A DNA stretch of 64,000 nucleotides from a virus, in the IMG/VR virus record IMGVR_UViG_3300025671_000038; one strand, written 5' to 3'. This document shows, in pieces, positions 19,609 through 29,901 of this stretch. The notes below the pieces were generated by a model that was given only the letters and a program-made list of their open reading frames with translations, did no database searches and was not told the DNA's origin. The position numbers and the translations under genes are program-made. Position 1 is the stretch's first letter; every line of letters starts with the position of its first letter.

Positions 19609-21819
19609 TTACCCGTTATTAGTTAAGCTTTTTCCAACTATATCAGCCTGGAATATCAGATTATCCGAATCAACACACACAATATCTATTACTGGCATGT
19701 AATCATAGGAGCTAATATCAGAATCCACCAGAGAAACTATCAAAGTAGAGTAAGAAACTCCGCTTGGATTAGATAGAGGATATCTGCCAGCAGCATCCGT
19801 AAGGAAAGTTATATTGAAGTCACCTGGTATAACCTGGTCGCCAAAGCTAAATCTCATAGTCTGTCCCTCCTTCCATCTGGGAGAAAGGTCACTTATTCTG
19901 ATCACTAAATCAGAAGAGAGAGTAATAGGTACGCCATTATTGACGTGCTTTATATAGTTGGTGTAGTTGACAAGGTTAACGTCGTTAGGAGATGAGTTTT
20001 GAAGTGTCACGGTTCCTAGATTCGAGCCGATATTAAAATCCTGATTGTCGTTAGATATAGTAACCTGATTCGGAGTACTTCTATCCACTATCACTCCAGC
20101 ACCCTGTTTTATTCCATCTAAGCTATATGAGATCTCGACAGAGGTCTCGTTGTTAACCACCGCTCTTATTAGTTCATAGTTTTGATTTATCAAAGACATA
20201 ACAGCCTGTGTATTGTTAAACAAGGCTTGGTTTGAAGCATAAGAGTTTTCCAGCGAAGCTATTCTTCTATCAAGATTAGCAGTAGTGTCTGTGGAGAGAG
20301 TAAGATTTTCTAAGTTAGACACCCGATTTTCTAGCTGAGTATATGTAGAAGCATTATTATTCAACGTGGAAGATGCATCCTGAAGGACATTCATAGCGTC
20401 CATGAACATGGTCAGCGAGAAAGGAGAATAATCATTGATTGCTTGCTCCACCCCGGTTTGGTCAATATCTACATCAAATTTTATATTTAACTTTAGTCCA
20501 TAAGAGTTACCATTTAGCTTGGATACTACATTTGGCTTAAATTTCTTAAATACCGGGATACTGTAAATATCAGATCCCTCTGACTGCACGTCATCCAGGA
20601 ACAAAACTCCATATAGATTGGTCGCAGAATCAGTCGGAACAGCAGGATCATAAACGTCATAATAGACCAGAACACAATTAAAATCAAAATCCTGAGATAT
20701 CGATGTAGAATTGAATTCCTCTAGAGTGCTTATCGAAGCATCATCGACTATCTGTTTGTAAGAGTCAGGATCAAAATCTATACCGACTGAATCCAATCTT
20801 GTTCTAACATATTTCTGGAATCCTGCTCCCCCGGTAGCTCCGGAATAAGACTTAGATAAAATCTGGGATGTCGGATCAGTAAAAGAGGAATCACTAAAAT
20901 AGGTGTTAGCGGTATCCCTGGGGCTATACCAGTTTCCGTCTCCAGTAGCTCCATCTGTCGTGTCCTCGTAAGTAACGCTAGGTACTCCTAGAACATCATC
21001 ATCAAAGATTGCCAGATTGGTAAGTCCACTTGGATTTAGTTCATCGTAAGCCCTTCCAGTCAAATATTCAGTGTCCAGTGGATCTGTTGGGCTGTTGGTC
21101 CATTGGTAGTCAGGATAATAGTTAGCATCGACTACGTTCTTAAATAATACAGTTGGAGTATTACCATCCTTAGTGGGAACGTGGACGTAAACTTCTGAAT
21201 ACGTATTATTGTTATTCTTTACGGAGTTAACTATATCCAAATTTCCGATATATTGAACTACCCTATTGTAAGTAGACCCAGTCAATCCATAAGATCCAGT
21301 TCCACCGGAGGGATCTCCCTCGACATACCTTTTCTGCGTTACTGGAAGAGAATCGACTATGGTAACGGTATTTTGATCAAGGGCTGAAACTACTTGGTCG
21401 CTTGAAGCTGGCTGGAATCTTATAGCACCAAGCTCCTTAAGCCATTTGAAAAATATTCTCTCTGAAACATTTTGCTTTAGGTCCGAATTGTACACATCTG
21501 AACTAAGTATAGTAGTCTCGAGATTTAGACAGTAGCTCTGGAAACTTTGCGAAAAGTCAGTATTTGCGTTACCAGTTATGATTTTTCCCGCACTTGTAGC
21601 CTTATCTATGAAAGCGCCATCGGGAGCGTTCAGCTTAATCGAATTACCAAGGGGATCTCCAGAATTTATCTGAGGTATATTTAGCAAAGCAAATTTGGAG
21701 AACTTAAATTTGTTTACCGAGTTGTTAAACGTAAAGGATAAATCCTCTGCAGCAGAAGAGAAGGCGTAAAACGTTCCGCCCTGTACCTGTAGAGGCCTTA
21801 TAAAAGGTGTTTTTGCCAT
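19609..21819 (-). CDS. Virion structural protein (736 aa) with trimeric coiled-coil segment
   Basis: LENRVSNLENL...LDRRIASLEN heptads typical of fibre-like trimers; operon context. Confidence 0.55.
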   Translation of the reverse strand: MAKTPFIRPLQVQGGTFYAFSSAAEDLSFTFNNSVNKFKFSKFALLNIPQINSGDPLGNSIKLNAPDGAFIDKATSAGKIITGNANTDFSQSFQSYCLNLETTILSSDVYNSDLKQNVSERIFFKWLKELGAIRFQPASSDQVVSALDQNTVTIVDSLPVTQKRYVEGDPSGGTGSYGLTGSTYNRVVQYIGNLDIVNSVKNNNNTYSEVYVHVPTKDGNTPTVLFKNVVDANYYPDYQWTNSPTDPLDTEYLTGRAYDELNPSGLTNLAIFDDDVLGVPSVTYEDTTDGATGDGNWYSPRDTANTYFSDSSFTDPTSQILSKSYSGATGGAGFQKYVRTRLDSVGIDFDPDSYKQIVDDASISTLEEFNSTSISQDFDFNCVLVYYDVYDPAVPTDSATNLYGVLFLDDVQSEGSDIYSIPVFKKFKPNVVSKLNGNSYGLKLNIKFDVDIDQTGVEQAINDYSPFSLTMFMDAMNVLQDASSTLNNNASTYTQLENRVSNLENLTLSTDTTANLDRRIASLENSYASNQALFNNTQAVMSLINQNYELIRAVVNNETSVEISYSLDGIKQGAGVIVDRSTPNQVTISNDNQDFNIGSNLGTVTLQNSSPNDVNLVNYTNYIKHVNNGVPITLSSDLVIRISDLSPRWKEGQTMRFSFGDQVIPGDFNITFLTDAAGRYPLSNPSGVSYSTLIVSLVDSDISSYDYMPVIDIVCVDSDNLIFQADIVGKSLTNNG

Positions 21820-21839
21820 CTATCTTTGCTTTTTTGTCA

Positions 21840-22721
21840 TTACCAGGTCATATTGGAGGATCCTAAAACTACCCATGATCCCTCCTGAGTCCCTGTATCT
21901 TTACCAATCCTAGGTTCCCATTGTAACTGTATCGACGATTGATAAGGCTTACCAGCATCTACAGTTATTCCGGTAGATGGGAATTCACCATAGCTAGAGA
22001 CTGTATTAAATCCTGTATAAGCTGATCCCTGAACGCCGGTTTTAATACTCCCAGCAGTGTTGTCTGTATTTACTATAGTCACTCTTAAACCAGCAGGAAT
22101 ATTTGATGCAGTTCCGCCTGTTGTACCTACACTTAGGTAAAGGCCAGAGCTACAACTAGCATAGATTACATCCTCCAGTCCAGTAATAGCATACGGAGAA
22201 CCTGAAGTAGTTGTTATACCACCTCCACCAGTAGCAGAGTTAGGGAAAGCTGTTCCCGCAGTAATACCGGCAGAAACCGTAGTGTTTTGACTCCGGATAC
22301 TTCCGCTTAGGTAACCATAAGTTAGCGAAGAATTTAGAGCCGAAGCGCCATTTAGATTGGTTGAGCCCGTAAAAGTTGTAGTCCCGCTCTGGTTTAAGCT
22401 ACCAGATAGAGAAAATGTACCACTACCTGTTAGATTGGTAGTTGCGATACTTTGGAAGCTTCCAGCTCCGGTAGAGGTTATTTGGGCTAATGCTGTTCCC
22501 CCACTAGGAATAGTTAATGAATCAAACTTACCAGTTTTTGCTGATATCCTTCCGGTGGAAGCACTCGTCAGATCCAATATACCGTTGGTGGAATCTATAC
22601 CAAAGGTGTTATTGTATGAATTAATCCAATTCTCCAATAAAAGGAAATTGGAATTAAGTGTCGTCCTAGAGGAAGAAATCGAATCTGATCCTAAAATCGT
22701 TGTTGTACTTACTGTGGCCAT
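21840..22721 (-). CDS. Thr/Ser/Gly-rich fibre-like virion protein (start revised to 22721)
   Basis: MATVSTTTILGSDSISSSRTTLNSNF anchor resembles the fibre N-termini (I-x-x-x-N-x-NF); GATATATA at 22757-22764 is upstream of this ATG. Confidence 0.6.
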   Translation of the reverse strand: MATVSTTTILGSDSISSSRTTLNSNFLLLENWINSYNNTFGIDSTNGILDLTSASTGRISAKTGKFDSLTIPSGGTALAQITSTGAGSFQSIATTNLTGSGTFSLSGSLNQSGTTTFTGSTNLNGASALNSSLTYGYLSGSIRSQNTTVSAGITAGTAFPNSATGGGGITTTSGSPYAITGLEDVIYASCSSGLYLSVGTTGGTASNIPAGLRVTIVNTDNTAGSIKTGVQGSAYTGFNTVSSYGEFPSTGITVDAGKPYQSSIQLQWEPRIGKDTGTQEGSWVVLGSSNMTW

Positions 22722-22752
22722 TTCATGTAAATTTTTTGATTTCCTTAGTTTT

Positions 22753-22764
22753 GAAATATATATC
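22753..22764. promoter_or_regulatory. Overlapping divergent late-promoter-like element
   Basis: Minus strand GATATATA (22757-22764) faces the fibre gene; plus strand GAAATATATA (22753-22762) faces the GT2/PhoH pair. Confidence 0.5.
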
Positions 22765-22788
22765 ACATCCATTTTCAAACTCTAAAAT

Positions 22789-23574
22789 ATGCTTGGAAAT
22801 AAACCCTCCATCAGGAGAGTATATGATTTGAAGACAAAAAAGTCCGAATTAAGACTGGTTGAACCCAATCAGGCCAAGCTTATTCCAGTTATTATGTGCA
22901 CTTGGATGAGAATAGAGGGATTCAAAAGAGTAGTAGAAAACCTAAACCGCCAGTCACACCGGAGCTTCAAACTTTTTGTGTGGAATAATAACCCAGACAT
23001 TACTGAAGAAATTTTATCCATACTATCCGAAAAAGCTTCTTTTAGCTCAGACGTATTCCAAAGCGAGGTTAACATAGGTGGATTTGGGAGGTTCTATTTT
23101 GCTAATTTTCTATACGGTGATCCAAGGTTAGAAAGATATTGCATCTTTATAGATGACGATCAGACATTTGAGGAAGATATGATTAAAAAATTCTCACAGG
23201 AAGCTTCACCGAAAACCATACTCTCCCAGTGGTCTTGGAAATTTAATTCAACCAGGTACTTCGGAAGAGAAAACCGGGTGCTGGTAGAGCCGCATAATGA
23301 GGTTCACCACTGTGGAACCGGAGGGATGGTAGCAGATATGGAGATATTTATGGAAAGGGATCTTTATGAATGTCCAAAGAAATATTGGTTCATAGAAGAT
23401 CTCTGGCTTTCATACTTTTCAAGTCATGTGAAAGGATATAAACTACTGAAGAGCTCCACGATATTTCAAAACGGATCGGATGAGCATAATCTAAACGACA
23501 TAGTAAAGGAACAAAAAGAAACCATGCTAGCTGAACTAATAGAAGATCTAGGATGGGATATACTCAAAAAATAA
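22789..23574 (+). CDS. Glycosyltransferase family 2 (GT-A fold)
   Basis: VIMCTW, FVWNN, NIGGFGRF, IFIDDD (DxD), IEDLWLS. Confidence 0.8.
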   Translation: MLGNKPSIRRVYDLKTKKSELRLVEPNQAKLIPVIMCTWMRIEGFKRVVENLNRQSHRSFKLFVWNNNPDITEEILSILSEKASFSSDVFQSEVNIGGFGRFYFANFLYGDPRLERYCIFIDDDQTFEEDMIKKFSQEASPKTILSQWSWKFNSTRYFGRENRVLVEPHNEVHHCGTGGMVADMEIFMERDLYECPKKYWFIEDLWLSYFSSHVKGYKLLKSSTIFQNGSDEHNLNDIVKEQKETMLAELIEDLGWDILKK

Positions 23575-23586
23575 AAAACCCAAAAA

Positions 23587-24249
23587 ATGCCCGAAAACAC
23601 ACAAAAAAGAGTACCAAAAGGTGACATAAAATTCTCAATCTCGCTATCGGAGGAGCAGAAATTAGCAAAAGCAGAAATTAGGAATCATCCATTCAGCTTT
23701 ATAACCGGGAAGGCAGGTAGCGGTAAAACACTGCTAGCAGTACAAATAGCTCTAGATTCTTTTTTCAAGAGGGAGGTTAATAAAATAGTTATAACAAGAC
23801 CTACAGTCTCCAACGAGGATAATGGATTTTTACCAGGATCATTGGAAGAAAAAATGGAGCCTTGGCTAGTCCCGATAAGGTCCAATATGAGAAAAGTGTA
23901 CAATAAACCAGACATACTGGAAAAGATGGAAAAAGAGGAGAATATAGAATTGGTATCACTTACCCACTTTAGGGGACGAACTTTTGATAATTGCGTAGTG
24001 ATAGTGGACGAGTTCCAAAATTTAACAAAACAGCAGTTGGGAATGGTATTGGGTAGACTCGGAAAAAATTCTACCATGATGCTATGCGGGGATGGCCAGC
24101 AAATCGATCTTAAATTCAATAATGACTCAGCAATCCACGAAGTCCCGAAACTTAAGGACTCTTCATTTGTTTACACAATATCACTTAAGGACAATCACAG
24201 ACACGAGTCGATCGACGAAGTTCTCAGGCTTCTTTCCAATAGTTATTGA
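23587..24249 (+). CDS. phoH: PhoH-family ATPase
   Basis: GKAGSGKT Walker A, TRP, GFLPG, RGRTF, DEFQN, GDxxQxD, NHRH. Confidence 0.95.
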   Translation: MPENTQKRVPKGDIKFSISLSEEQKLAKAEIRNHPFSFITGKAGSGKTLLAVQIALDSFFKREVNKIVITRPTVSNEDNGFLPGSLEEKMEPWLVPIRSNMRKVYNKPDILEKMEKEENIELVSLTHFRGRTFDNCVVIVDEFQNLTKQQLGMVLGRLGKNSTMMLCGDGQQIDLKFNNDSAIHEVPKLKDSSFVYTISLKDNHRHESIDEVLRLLSNSY

Positions 24250-27200
24250 TTGAAGGTAGCATCCGGGTTATTCGGTATTACTATACCAGATCCGAATTTA
24301 ATCCTGCTATCAAGCATAATTTGAAGTTGTTCTAAATTCATATCTCGACCTAGTTCGAGAGCTTTAGAGTTTCTATCCAAGTTAGCAGGTATGTACCCGT
24401 AATCTGCAGAATTGACATACTCAGGGTTAGGATCGCTAGCAACTGGGATTGATTGATTCACAACTTTTATAAAAGCAGGTTTGGAAACCTCGTAGACGTT
24501 CCCAACAGAATCCTCTACAGAATTAACAACGGAATAATACCCAGATTCCGCGAATGTGTAAATGAAGTATGGGACATTTTTTACGTCGAGCAGTACCTCC
24601 TTTGTTTTCGCATTAGTCAGGATCCATCTATTATTATTTTTCCCAAATATCTTGGAGTCATAATTACTTAGGAAAAGAGTGGAGAGCATCGGAACATACA
24701 GATCAGAATCGCTATTGTGAACATCGACCCATGACCATGTACCGGACCCGACTCTTGATATGACATCACCCATAGCCTTACCTGGTTCCTTCTTATAGCC
24801 CTTAAACATGGAAACGAAGTTACCGTCACCTGATTCATAGGGAAGGTTAGCAGGACCAGTAACTCCCGAATGGGATCCAGCTAAAAACATATTATTTCCA
24901 TCCGAGATGGTAAAAGTAAAGTCCTCCTGGACACCAACGGAAGGAACTATTCTTAGAGAAACCTCACCAAGTATAAGATTCCTAGGTTTTGTCCCAGTTA
25001 TACCACCGGATAGCATACTAAACTGGTAAACACCAGGGCTACCATAAACCGGGTTAATCCCAGGGTCGTCGTAATATCCAGTATTTCCACCAATATCGGT
25101 CCACTCTATTCTTCCCCCACGCCCAGAGAAGTCGACTATTTGATCAGTTATGTCATTCCCGCCCTGGATAACGTTTATAAATACAACATCTATTAAGGGA
25201 ATAAGATCATACACAGATAACTGATCCACATCCGGTATGTTAATGGTTCCAATATGGAAGAGATCACTCTTGAATGATATGGGACTATTTTGTGAGGTTA
25301 CAAATGTGTCTATTAATGTACCTGAAACATTCCTTTTAACTATATTGTAAGAATCGCCTACAATGGAGGGATCCTGTGGATACTTTAAGGATACGTAATA
25401 ATCCCCGTCAGGATTAACTCTACTACACTGGGTTAGTGATACCTTATAAGGTTCTCCATAAGTGGAAGATAAAAAATTATAGTTGGACAACAGGGAATAT
25501 TTGCCACCAGGTTTCAACGAGAGAGTTCCTAGATTAACATCTCCAGAAGTTCCGCTCACAAGACCATCAGTACCACTTGGAGATGGTGTAATAGTGGCAT
25601 TTCCGCTGTATAGAAAATCAAAGTAGTATTGATTATCAGACCTATAAACCATCCCAGACGAATTCCAGTCTGAGTATAAAGGATCCGCTGAATTAAAATT
25701 CTTTATAAAAGCCCCGGTAATCCCGGAATTAGATGACGAATTTAACAAGAAGAAAGGTCTAGCAAAGCCTGTAGGTCCGGGATGATCTAGACTTATTCCC
25801 CTGGAAGAAATGTTACCACTAGCAGAACCGCTCAGAACATAGGTTGAACTATCCCTCAATGACTGGATTTCCTTCAAATAAAATCCAGTTGAACCCAGGG
25901 TAAATCCATTTTTAAGATCCAAATAAGAATCCATATCAATTACGAAACCACTACTGTAATAGCTTCCGCCCTCAAATCCGGAAAATAGGAAATACGGTGC
26001 GTTTGGAATGTCCTCCGTAAATTCATACCCGTTAGTAAGAGTAGAGATGCCGCCTTCAATGTTAGTGGTAAGTCTTACTGAATTTTTAGATATTGAAAGA
26101 TCTGTAATCCCGATCCCCGTCATAGAACCAGAGGTTGGTGATCCAGGTCTACTATCATAGGAATAACTAGCTCTAGGGAAGTATCTAAAATTACTCAGGC
26201 AATATTCGGATTGTATAACATTACTCTGAGAAAAATCTAATCCACCGTAGCTAACCTGATTACCCAGGTCATAATCAACCTCCGCGATGAAATATCCGGA
26301 GCTTCCGTCCAAAATCGACTCGTCGGGTATGTATGCACCGCTAGTTGCTCCAGTAGGTCCGTTTAGTATCCACGGATAATCATAACTAGCAGTAATACCT
26401 GGGGTAGCTATATTGGAGAAACCTATAGGTGCACCTGTTGGTCCGCTAACACCAGTGGCATTCATCTCTGAAGCACCAGGAAACTTGGATCCATATACAA
26501 ACTTACCTGCCTCTATATAGCTACTAAAGGACCCGGCAACAAACAGGGTAGAATCATCAAGGGATGGGCAAGCTCTAAGAGCCCTCGTAGATTTTCCCCT
26601 AAATGGGATTGCCCCCATAATTTGCCCTGAATCGCTATAAAATGCTACAAATCCAACCTCCCCAGTTCCTCCAGTTCCACCACTAGGGTTCGGATTGCTA
26701 AGAATATATGAGGAGTCTAAATTTGATGGCTCTCCTAAATTTATAGAAGACTCCCCGGAATATCCTGTTATCACATTATATCCCTTATATCTACACGAGG
26801 AGGTAATTGTGAAACTATCAATATCATCAAGCCAAGTATAGGAGTCAGGGATTAATCTCTTCTGCTCCAGGTCAGAATAACTCAGAATTGGAGGGTTACT
26901 CCAGTAGCTTCTATCACCAGCGGAATTATTGGCTATATCCTTGAAATCAGTCTCAAGAAATAGATTTCTTGGATCCATTCCAGGATGACTATTCAGGAGT
27001 GGTGAGAGGTCATAATTAGTCCACGTGGGAAATTCCCAGGTGTACTTGTTTGCTTTTGGCAGTCTTGCGGTATCTGTTGTTCCTCCAGTGGTGGTAGGTG
27101 TATAAGATACAAAATTCCACCCGGTAGTTCCGGTATATTTGGAAGTGCCATATACGTGAGGTATAGTATAATCAAAGAGGGTTAGATAATTTCCAGCTAC

Positions 27201-28238
27201 TACCCACAAATCAGAGGGATAAGCAGTTTTGCTTGTGTATCTGGTCTTCTCTTGTATAATTAGGAGATCTATGACTCTGTCATCAATTAAATCAGAATTA
27301 GACTGTGTGTAATTAGTAAATGTTGTCCCGTTAAAATGGTAAAACCCATCAGTATTTGGTGTTGCCACCATAGTGGGGGAACCAACCTTAAAGAACACAT
27401 GGCCATTTTTTCGGGCTACCACTTTCGTAACCCCAATTCCAGACCCCACTGACCATCTATAGTACTTTTCTCCATCCCAGTACACCAGACCATCGGAAGT
27501 TCCCAACCAATAATTTCCATTCTCATCAAAGGAGATCGAATATACAGTGTTTGATCCTATGTTGGAATTTGAGGTGTTTCTTTTCACCATCTCAGGTATA
27601 GATATAACACCTCCAGACAGCTCCGAGGTTGCTATTTTTCCGTCGGGTATAACTTGTAGCCCGTCGTTTGTACAGAGGTAATAATTATAATCTCCTCCCT
27701 CAGTTCCGACCGCCGTCATTTCATAAATATGAGGCCATGTATAATTGGGTGCAACTTCTTCCCATGATTCATCGACCTTATCATATCTCCATAAATAGCC
27801 ACCAGTTACACCAATGTCACCGCTAGCTCCGGTTCCGCCACCACCGTTAAGCGGGGAGATAAATGCTAGAACATCGTTACCATACGGACAAGCGTAAATT
27901 GATGGAACATCCCAATTATCACCAGAAGCGATTATGTTACCAAACTCTGACTGTGACCAGGATTTACCAGATCTAACATCCTCTCCTGAGATATAAAAAA
28001 CCAAGCTGTTTTCGACCCCTGTGGTAACAGCAGAACCTACCCACTTGTTATCCTGAGGATCTATAGAGATTGACCTGGTGTCCTTGTAGTATGGTCCATT
28101 GGAAGGGACAGCTGAATTGGAAGAATTATAATACTTCCACTGATCCCCGTCATAATTGTTTAAGTTTCTCCCAACAACCCAAACGGATCCGTTGGAATCC
28201 AGAGCAGCATCGTTTATGTAAAGGTTTAAATTAGCCAT
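24243..28238 (-). CDS. Large beta-propeller virion protein (regulator-propeller-like repeats) with C-terminal PKD-like domain
   Basis: Repeats such as VYSISFDENGNYWLGTSDGL, SIDPQDNKWVG, TNYTQSNSDL; C-terminal YTFAESGYYSV. Confidence 0.6.
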   Translation of the reverse strand: MANLNLYINDAALDSNGSVWVVGRNLNNYDGDQWKYYNSSNSAVPSNGPYYKDTRSISIDPQDNKWVGSAVTTGVENSLVFYISGEDVRSGKSWSQSEFGNIIASGDNWDVPSIYACPYGNDVLAFISPLNGGGGTGASGDIGVTGGYLWRYDKVDESWEEVAPNYTWPHIYEMTAVGTEGGDYNYYLCTNDGLQVIPDGKIATSELSGGVISIPEMVKRNTSNSNIGSNTVYSISFDENGNYWLGTSDGLVYWDGEKYYRWSVGSGIGVTKVVARKNGHVFFKVGSPTMVATPNTDGFYHFNGTTFTNYTQSNSDLIDDRVIDLLIIQEKTRYTSKTAYPSDLWVVAGNYLTLFDYTIPHVYGTSKYTGTTGWNFVSYTPTTTGGTTDTARLPKANKYTWEFPTWTNYDLSPLLNSHPGMDPRNLFLETDFKDIANNSAGDRSYWSNPPILSYSDLEQKRLIPDSYTWLDDIDSFTITSSCRYKGYNVITGYSGESSINLGEPSNLDSSYILSNPNPSGGTGGTGEVGFVAFYSDSGQIMGAIPFRGKSTRALRACPSLDDSTLFVAGSFSSYIEAGKFVYGSKFPGASEMNATGVSGPTGAPIGFSNIATPGITASYDYPWILNGPTGATSGAYIPDESILDGSSGYFIAEVDYDLGNQVSYGGLDFSQSNVIQSEYCLSNFRYFPRASYSYDSRPGSPTSGSMTGIGITDLSISKNSVRLTTNIEGGISTLTNGYEFTEDIPNAPYFLFSGFEGGSYYSSGFVIDMDSYLDLKNGFTLGSTGFYLKEIQSLRDSSTYVLSGSASGNISSRGISLDHPGPTGFARPFFLLNSSSNSGITGAFIKNFNSADPLYSDWNSSGMVYRSDNQYYFDFLYSGNATITPSPSGTDGLVSGTSGDVNLGTLSLKPGGKYSLLSNYNFLSSTYGEPYKVSLTQCSRVNPDGDYYVSLKYPQDPSIVGDSYNIVKRNVSGTLIDTFVTSQNSPISFKSDLFHIGTINIPDVDQLSVYDLIPLIDVVFINVIQGGNDITDQIVDFSGRGGRIEWTDIGGNTGYYDDPGINPVYGSPGVYQFSMLSGGITGTKPRNLILGEVSLRIVPSVGVQEDFTFTISDGNNMFLAGSHSGVTGPANLPYESGDGNFVSMFKGYKKEPGKAMGDVISRVGSGTWSWVDVHNSDSDLYVPMLSTLFLSNYDSKIFGKNNNRWILTNAKTKEVLLDVKNVPYFIYTFAESGYYSVVNSVEDSVGNVYEVSKPAFIKVVNQSIPVASDPNPEYVNSADYGYIPANLDRNSKALELGRDMNLEQLQIMLDSRIKFGSGIVIPNNPDATFNQ

Positions 28239-28247
28239 TATTATCCA

Positions 28248-28255
28248 TATTTATC
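28248..28255 (-). promoter_or_regulatory. Putative late promoter variant GATAAATA
   Basis: Intergenic, 9 nt before the ATG at 28238; close to T4 TATAAATA. Confidence 0.4.
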
Positions 28256-29881
28256 TTAAGCAATACTTCCCCCTATTTGTACTTGAGATCCTATTTCCTG
28301 ATAATCAAGGAGATCCGTGAGTACCCTCATACAGCCGGTACACGTGTGACCCGTTGCATTCACTTTGTCACTTCCGAAAGGTAAAACCTCACCTCCAAAA
28401 GGAGATATGAGCAGATCTAACGGCTTGGAATTATCAGCAAATTCGAGCTTTATAATATCGGTTGTCTTTAACAAGATCTTAAGTCCATAATAAGAACTTG
28501 GGGTTCCTCCAGTATCTATATTGTATCTTTGTAATGCCACAGCTTCAACATCATTAGTCCCACCAGCAAAGTTACTAGTAAAAGCAGCATTAAGAATGCT
28601 AGCTACCCCAGATTGACCCCCCACGTCCTGCATGGCATAATAGTTACCGCTATCTACGTTTCCAACCCCGCCATTGTCATTGAAAGAAATAGTAAATCCA
28701 CCAGCTCCAGCCGTCTTAGAAATATAGCTAACAGTCACCTCGTAAACAGAAGCGACCGGAGCTCCATAACTTTGCAAATATTGAGGTGAGGGGATAACAG
28801 GATCCTTGAAGGTACCAGCTCCAACCAGAACTGGGAATCTTCTGCTCGGATATGTTGCTAACTGGGCTGAATGAAGTATAGGATATCGGCTTCCTATAAT
28901 TTCAGCAAGGAGACTATTAGTATAGTTATAAGAGTCTACCAAGGCAGTTATGTCTGAAGACACAGAGAAGTAAATTTTGTTCACACTTCCTCCGCCTAGA
29001 ATGTAGTTGCCACTGACGACCGTCGGGATCACAGATCCATAAAGACTCGTAACTATACAAGCGAACCCACTAAACGATCCCCAGCCACTATTGAGGAAAT
29101 CAGAGCTAATTGTTGGGGGTAACCCGGTGCAGTAAATCGTAGCAGATTCTAAATTGGAATGAAAGTATTGTATGGGCTGTGCACCGCTACCACTAGTCCC
29201 GGGGGTTATACTCATAATTATATCATTACCCGGAAGTCCAATTGAGGAAGTTCTGGTTGGGATTGCCGCAACCGGAGATTCTTCATCATAGGATGTAAGA
29301 GGTAGGGGATATCCATTTATAACAAATTCCTCCAGTGGTCCTATTTTATACACAGAATATCCCTTAACGACAGTGTCAGAACCCGAGACATTAGATGCAG
29401 TTAGCTCCACTGAAACATTTATCTCTGTACCTGGCGCATCACCAGCAAGAGCACCCGGGACATCCACCCAATCGGAATAAGAAAACCCGGTAACATTCTG
29501 GGTAGTTGCTGTGTATGATCCAATAGTCCAAGCGAATGTATCGGGTGCTGAGGGTAACCCGGTACTTGTATCAGTAAAAGAGTTAGTCTCATCCATAAGC
29601 CTAGATGTATACTGTCTGCTGAAATTGGCAAATACAGCAGCAGGCAAAACGTTTACCAGGTCAGTCTGTACCAGAGAAGAGGTAACGCTAGCAGCATCCG
29701 TAACCGTAAGGGTAGCGGTATAATCACCAGGGGAGGAATATGTGACGCTAGCAGTAGGACCAGTAGCGGTCGACGGAACACCTCCGCTAAAGCTCCAAGA
29801 ATACTCATACGGTAAAAGGCCACCAGTCGTAGTGTCCGTAAATATTATATTCTGTCCTTGGTATATTTGTATGTTCGGCAT
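28256..29881 (-). CDS. PKD-domain virion protein
   Basis: FTDTTTG...YSWSF...VTYSSPGDYTATLTVTD is a clear PKD repeat; a second degenerate copy follows. Confidence 0.75.
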   Translation of the reverse strand: MPNIQIYQGQNIIFTDTTTGGLLPYEYSWSFSGGVPSTATGPTASVTYSSPGDYTATLTVTDAASVTSSLVQTDLVNVLPAAVFANFSRQYTSRLMDETNSFTDTSTGLPSAPDTFAWTIGSYTATTQNVTGFSYSDWVDVPGALAGDAPGTEINVSVELTASNVSGSDTVVKGYSVYKIGPLEEFVINGYPLPLTSYDEESPVAAIPTRTSSIGLPGNDIIMSITPGTSGSGAQPIQYFHSNLESATIYCTGLPPTISSDFLNSGWGSFSGFACIVTSLYGSVIPTVVSGNYILGGGSVNKIYFSVSSDITALVDSYNYTNSLLAEIIGSRYPILHSAQLATYPSRRFPVLVGAGTFKDPVIPSPQYLQSYGAPVASVYEVTVSYISKTAGAGGFTISFNDNGGVGNVDSGNYYAMQDVGGQSGVASILNAAFTSNFAGGTNDVEAVALQRYNIDTGGTPSSYYGLKILLKTTDIIKLEFADNSKPLDLLISPFGGEVLPFGSDKVNATGHTCTGCMRVLTDLLDYQEIGSQVQIGGSIA

Positions 29882-29901
29882 ATCTTACGATTTATTGTTT
29901 C

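Noticed and set aside
22357-22785. Plus-strand 142-aa ORF
   Set aside because: Antisense shadow of the Thr/Gly-rich fibre gene; its Val/Pro-rich composition is what reverse-reading those codons gives.
23587-24249. phoH as a novel auxiliary metabolic gene
   Set aside because: phoH is very common in large tailed phages; only its orientation and promoter context are noted above.
25150-25260. Dockerin/EF-hand-like stretch GTINIPDVDQLSVYDLIPLIDVV in the propeller protein
   Set aside because: It lacks the D-x-N-x-D-G calcium loop and the second repeat; similarity is too weak to call.
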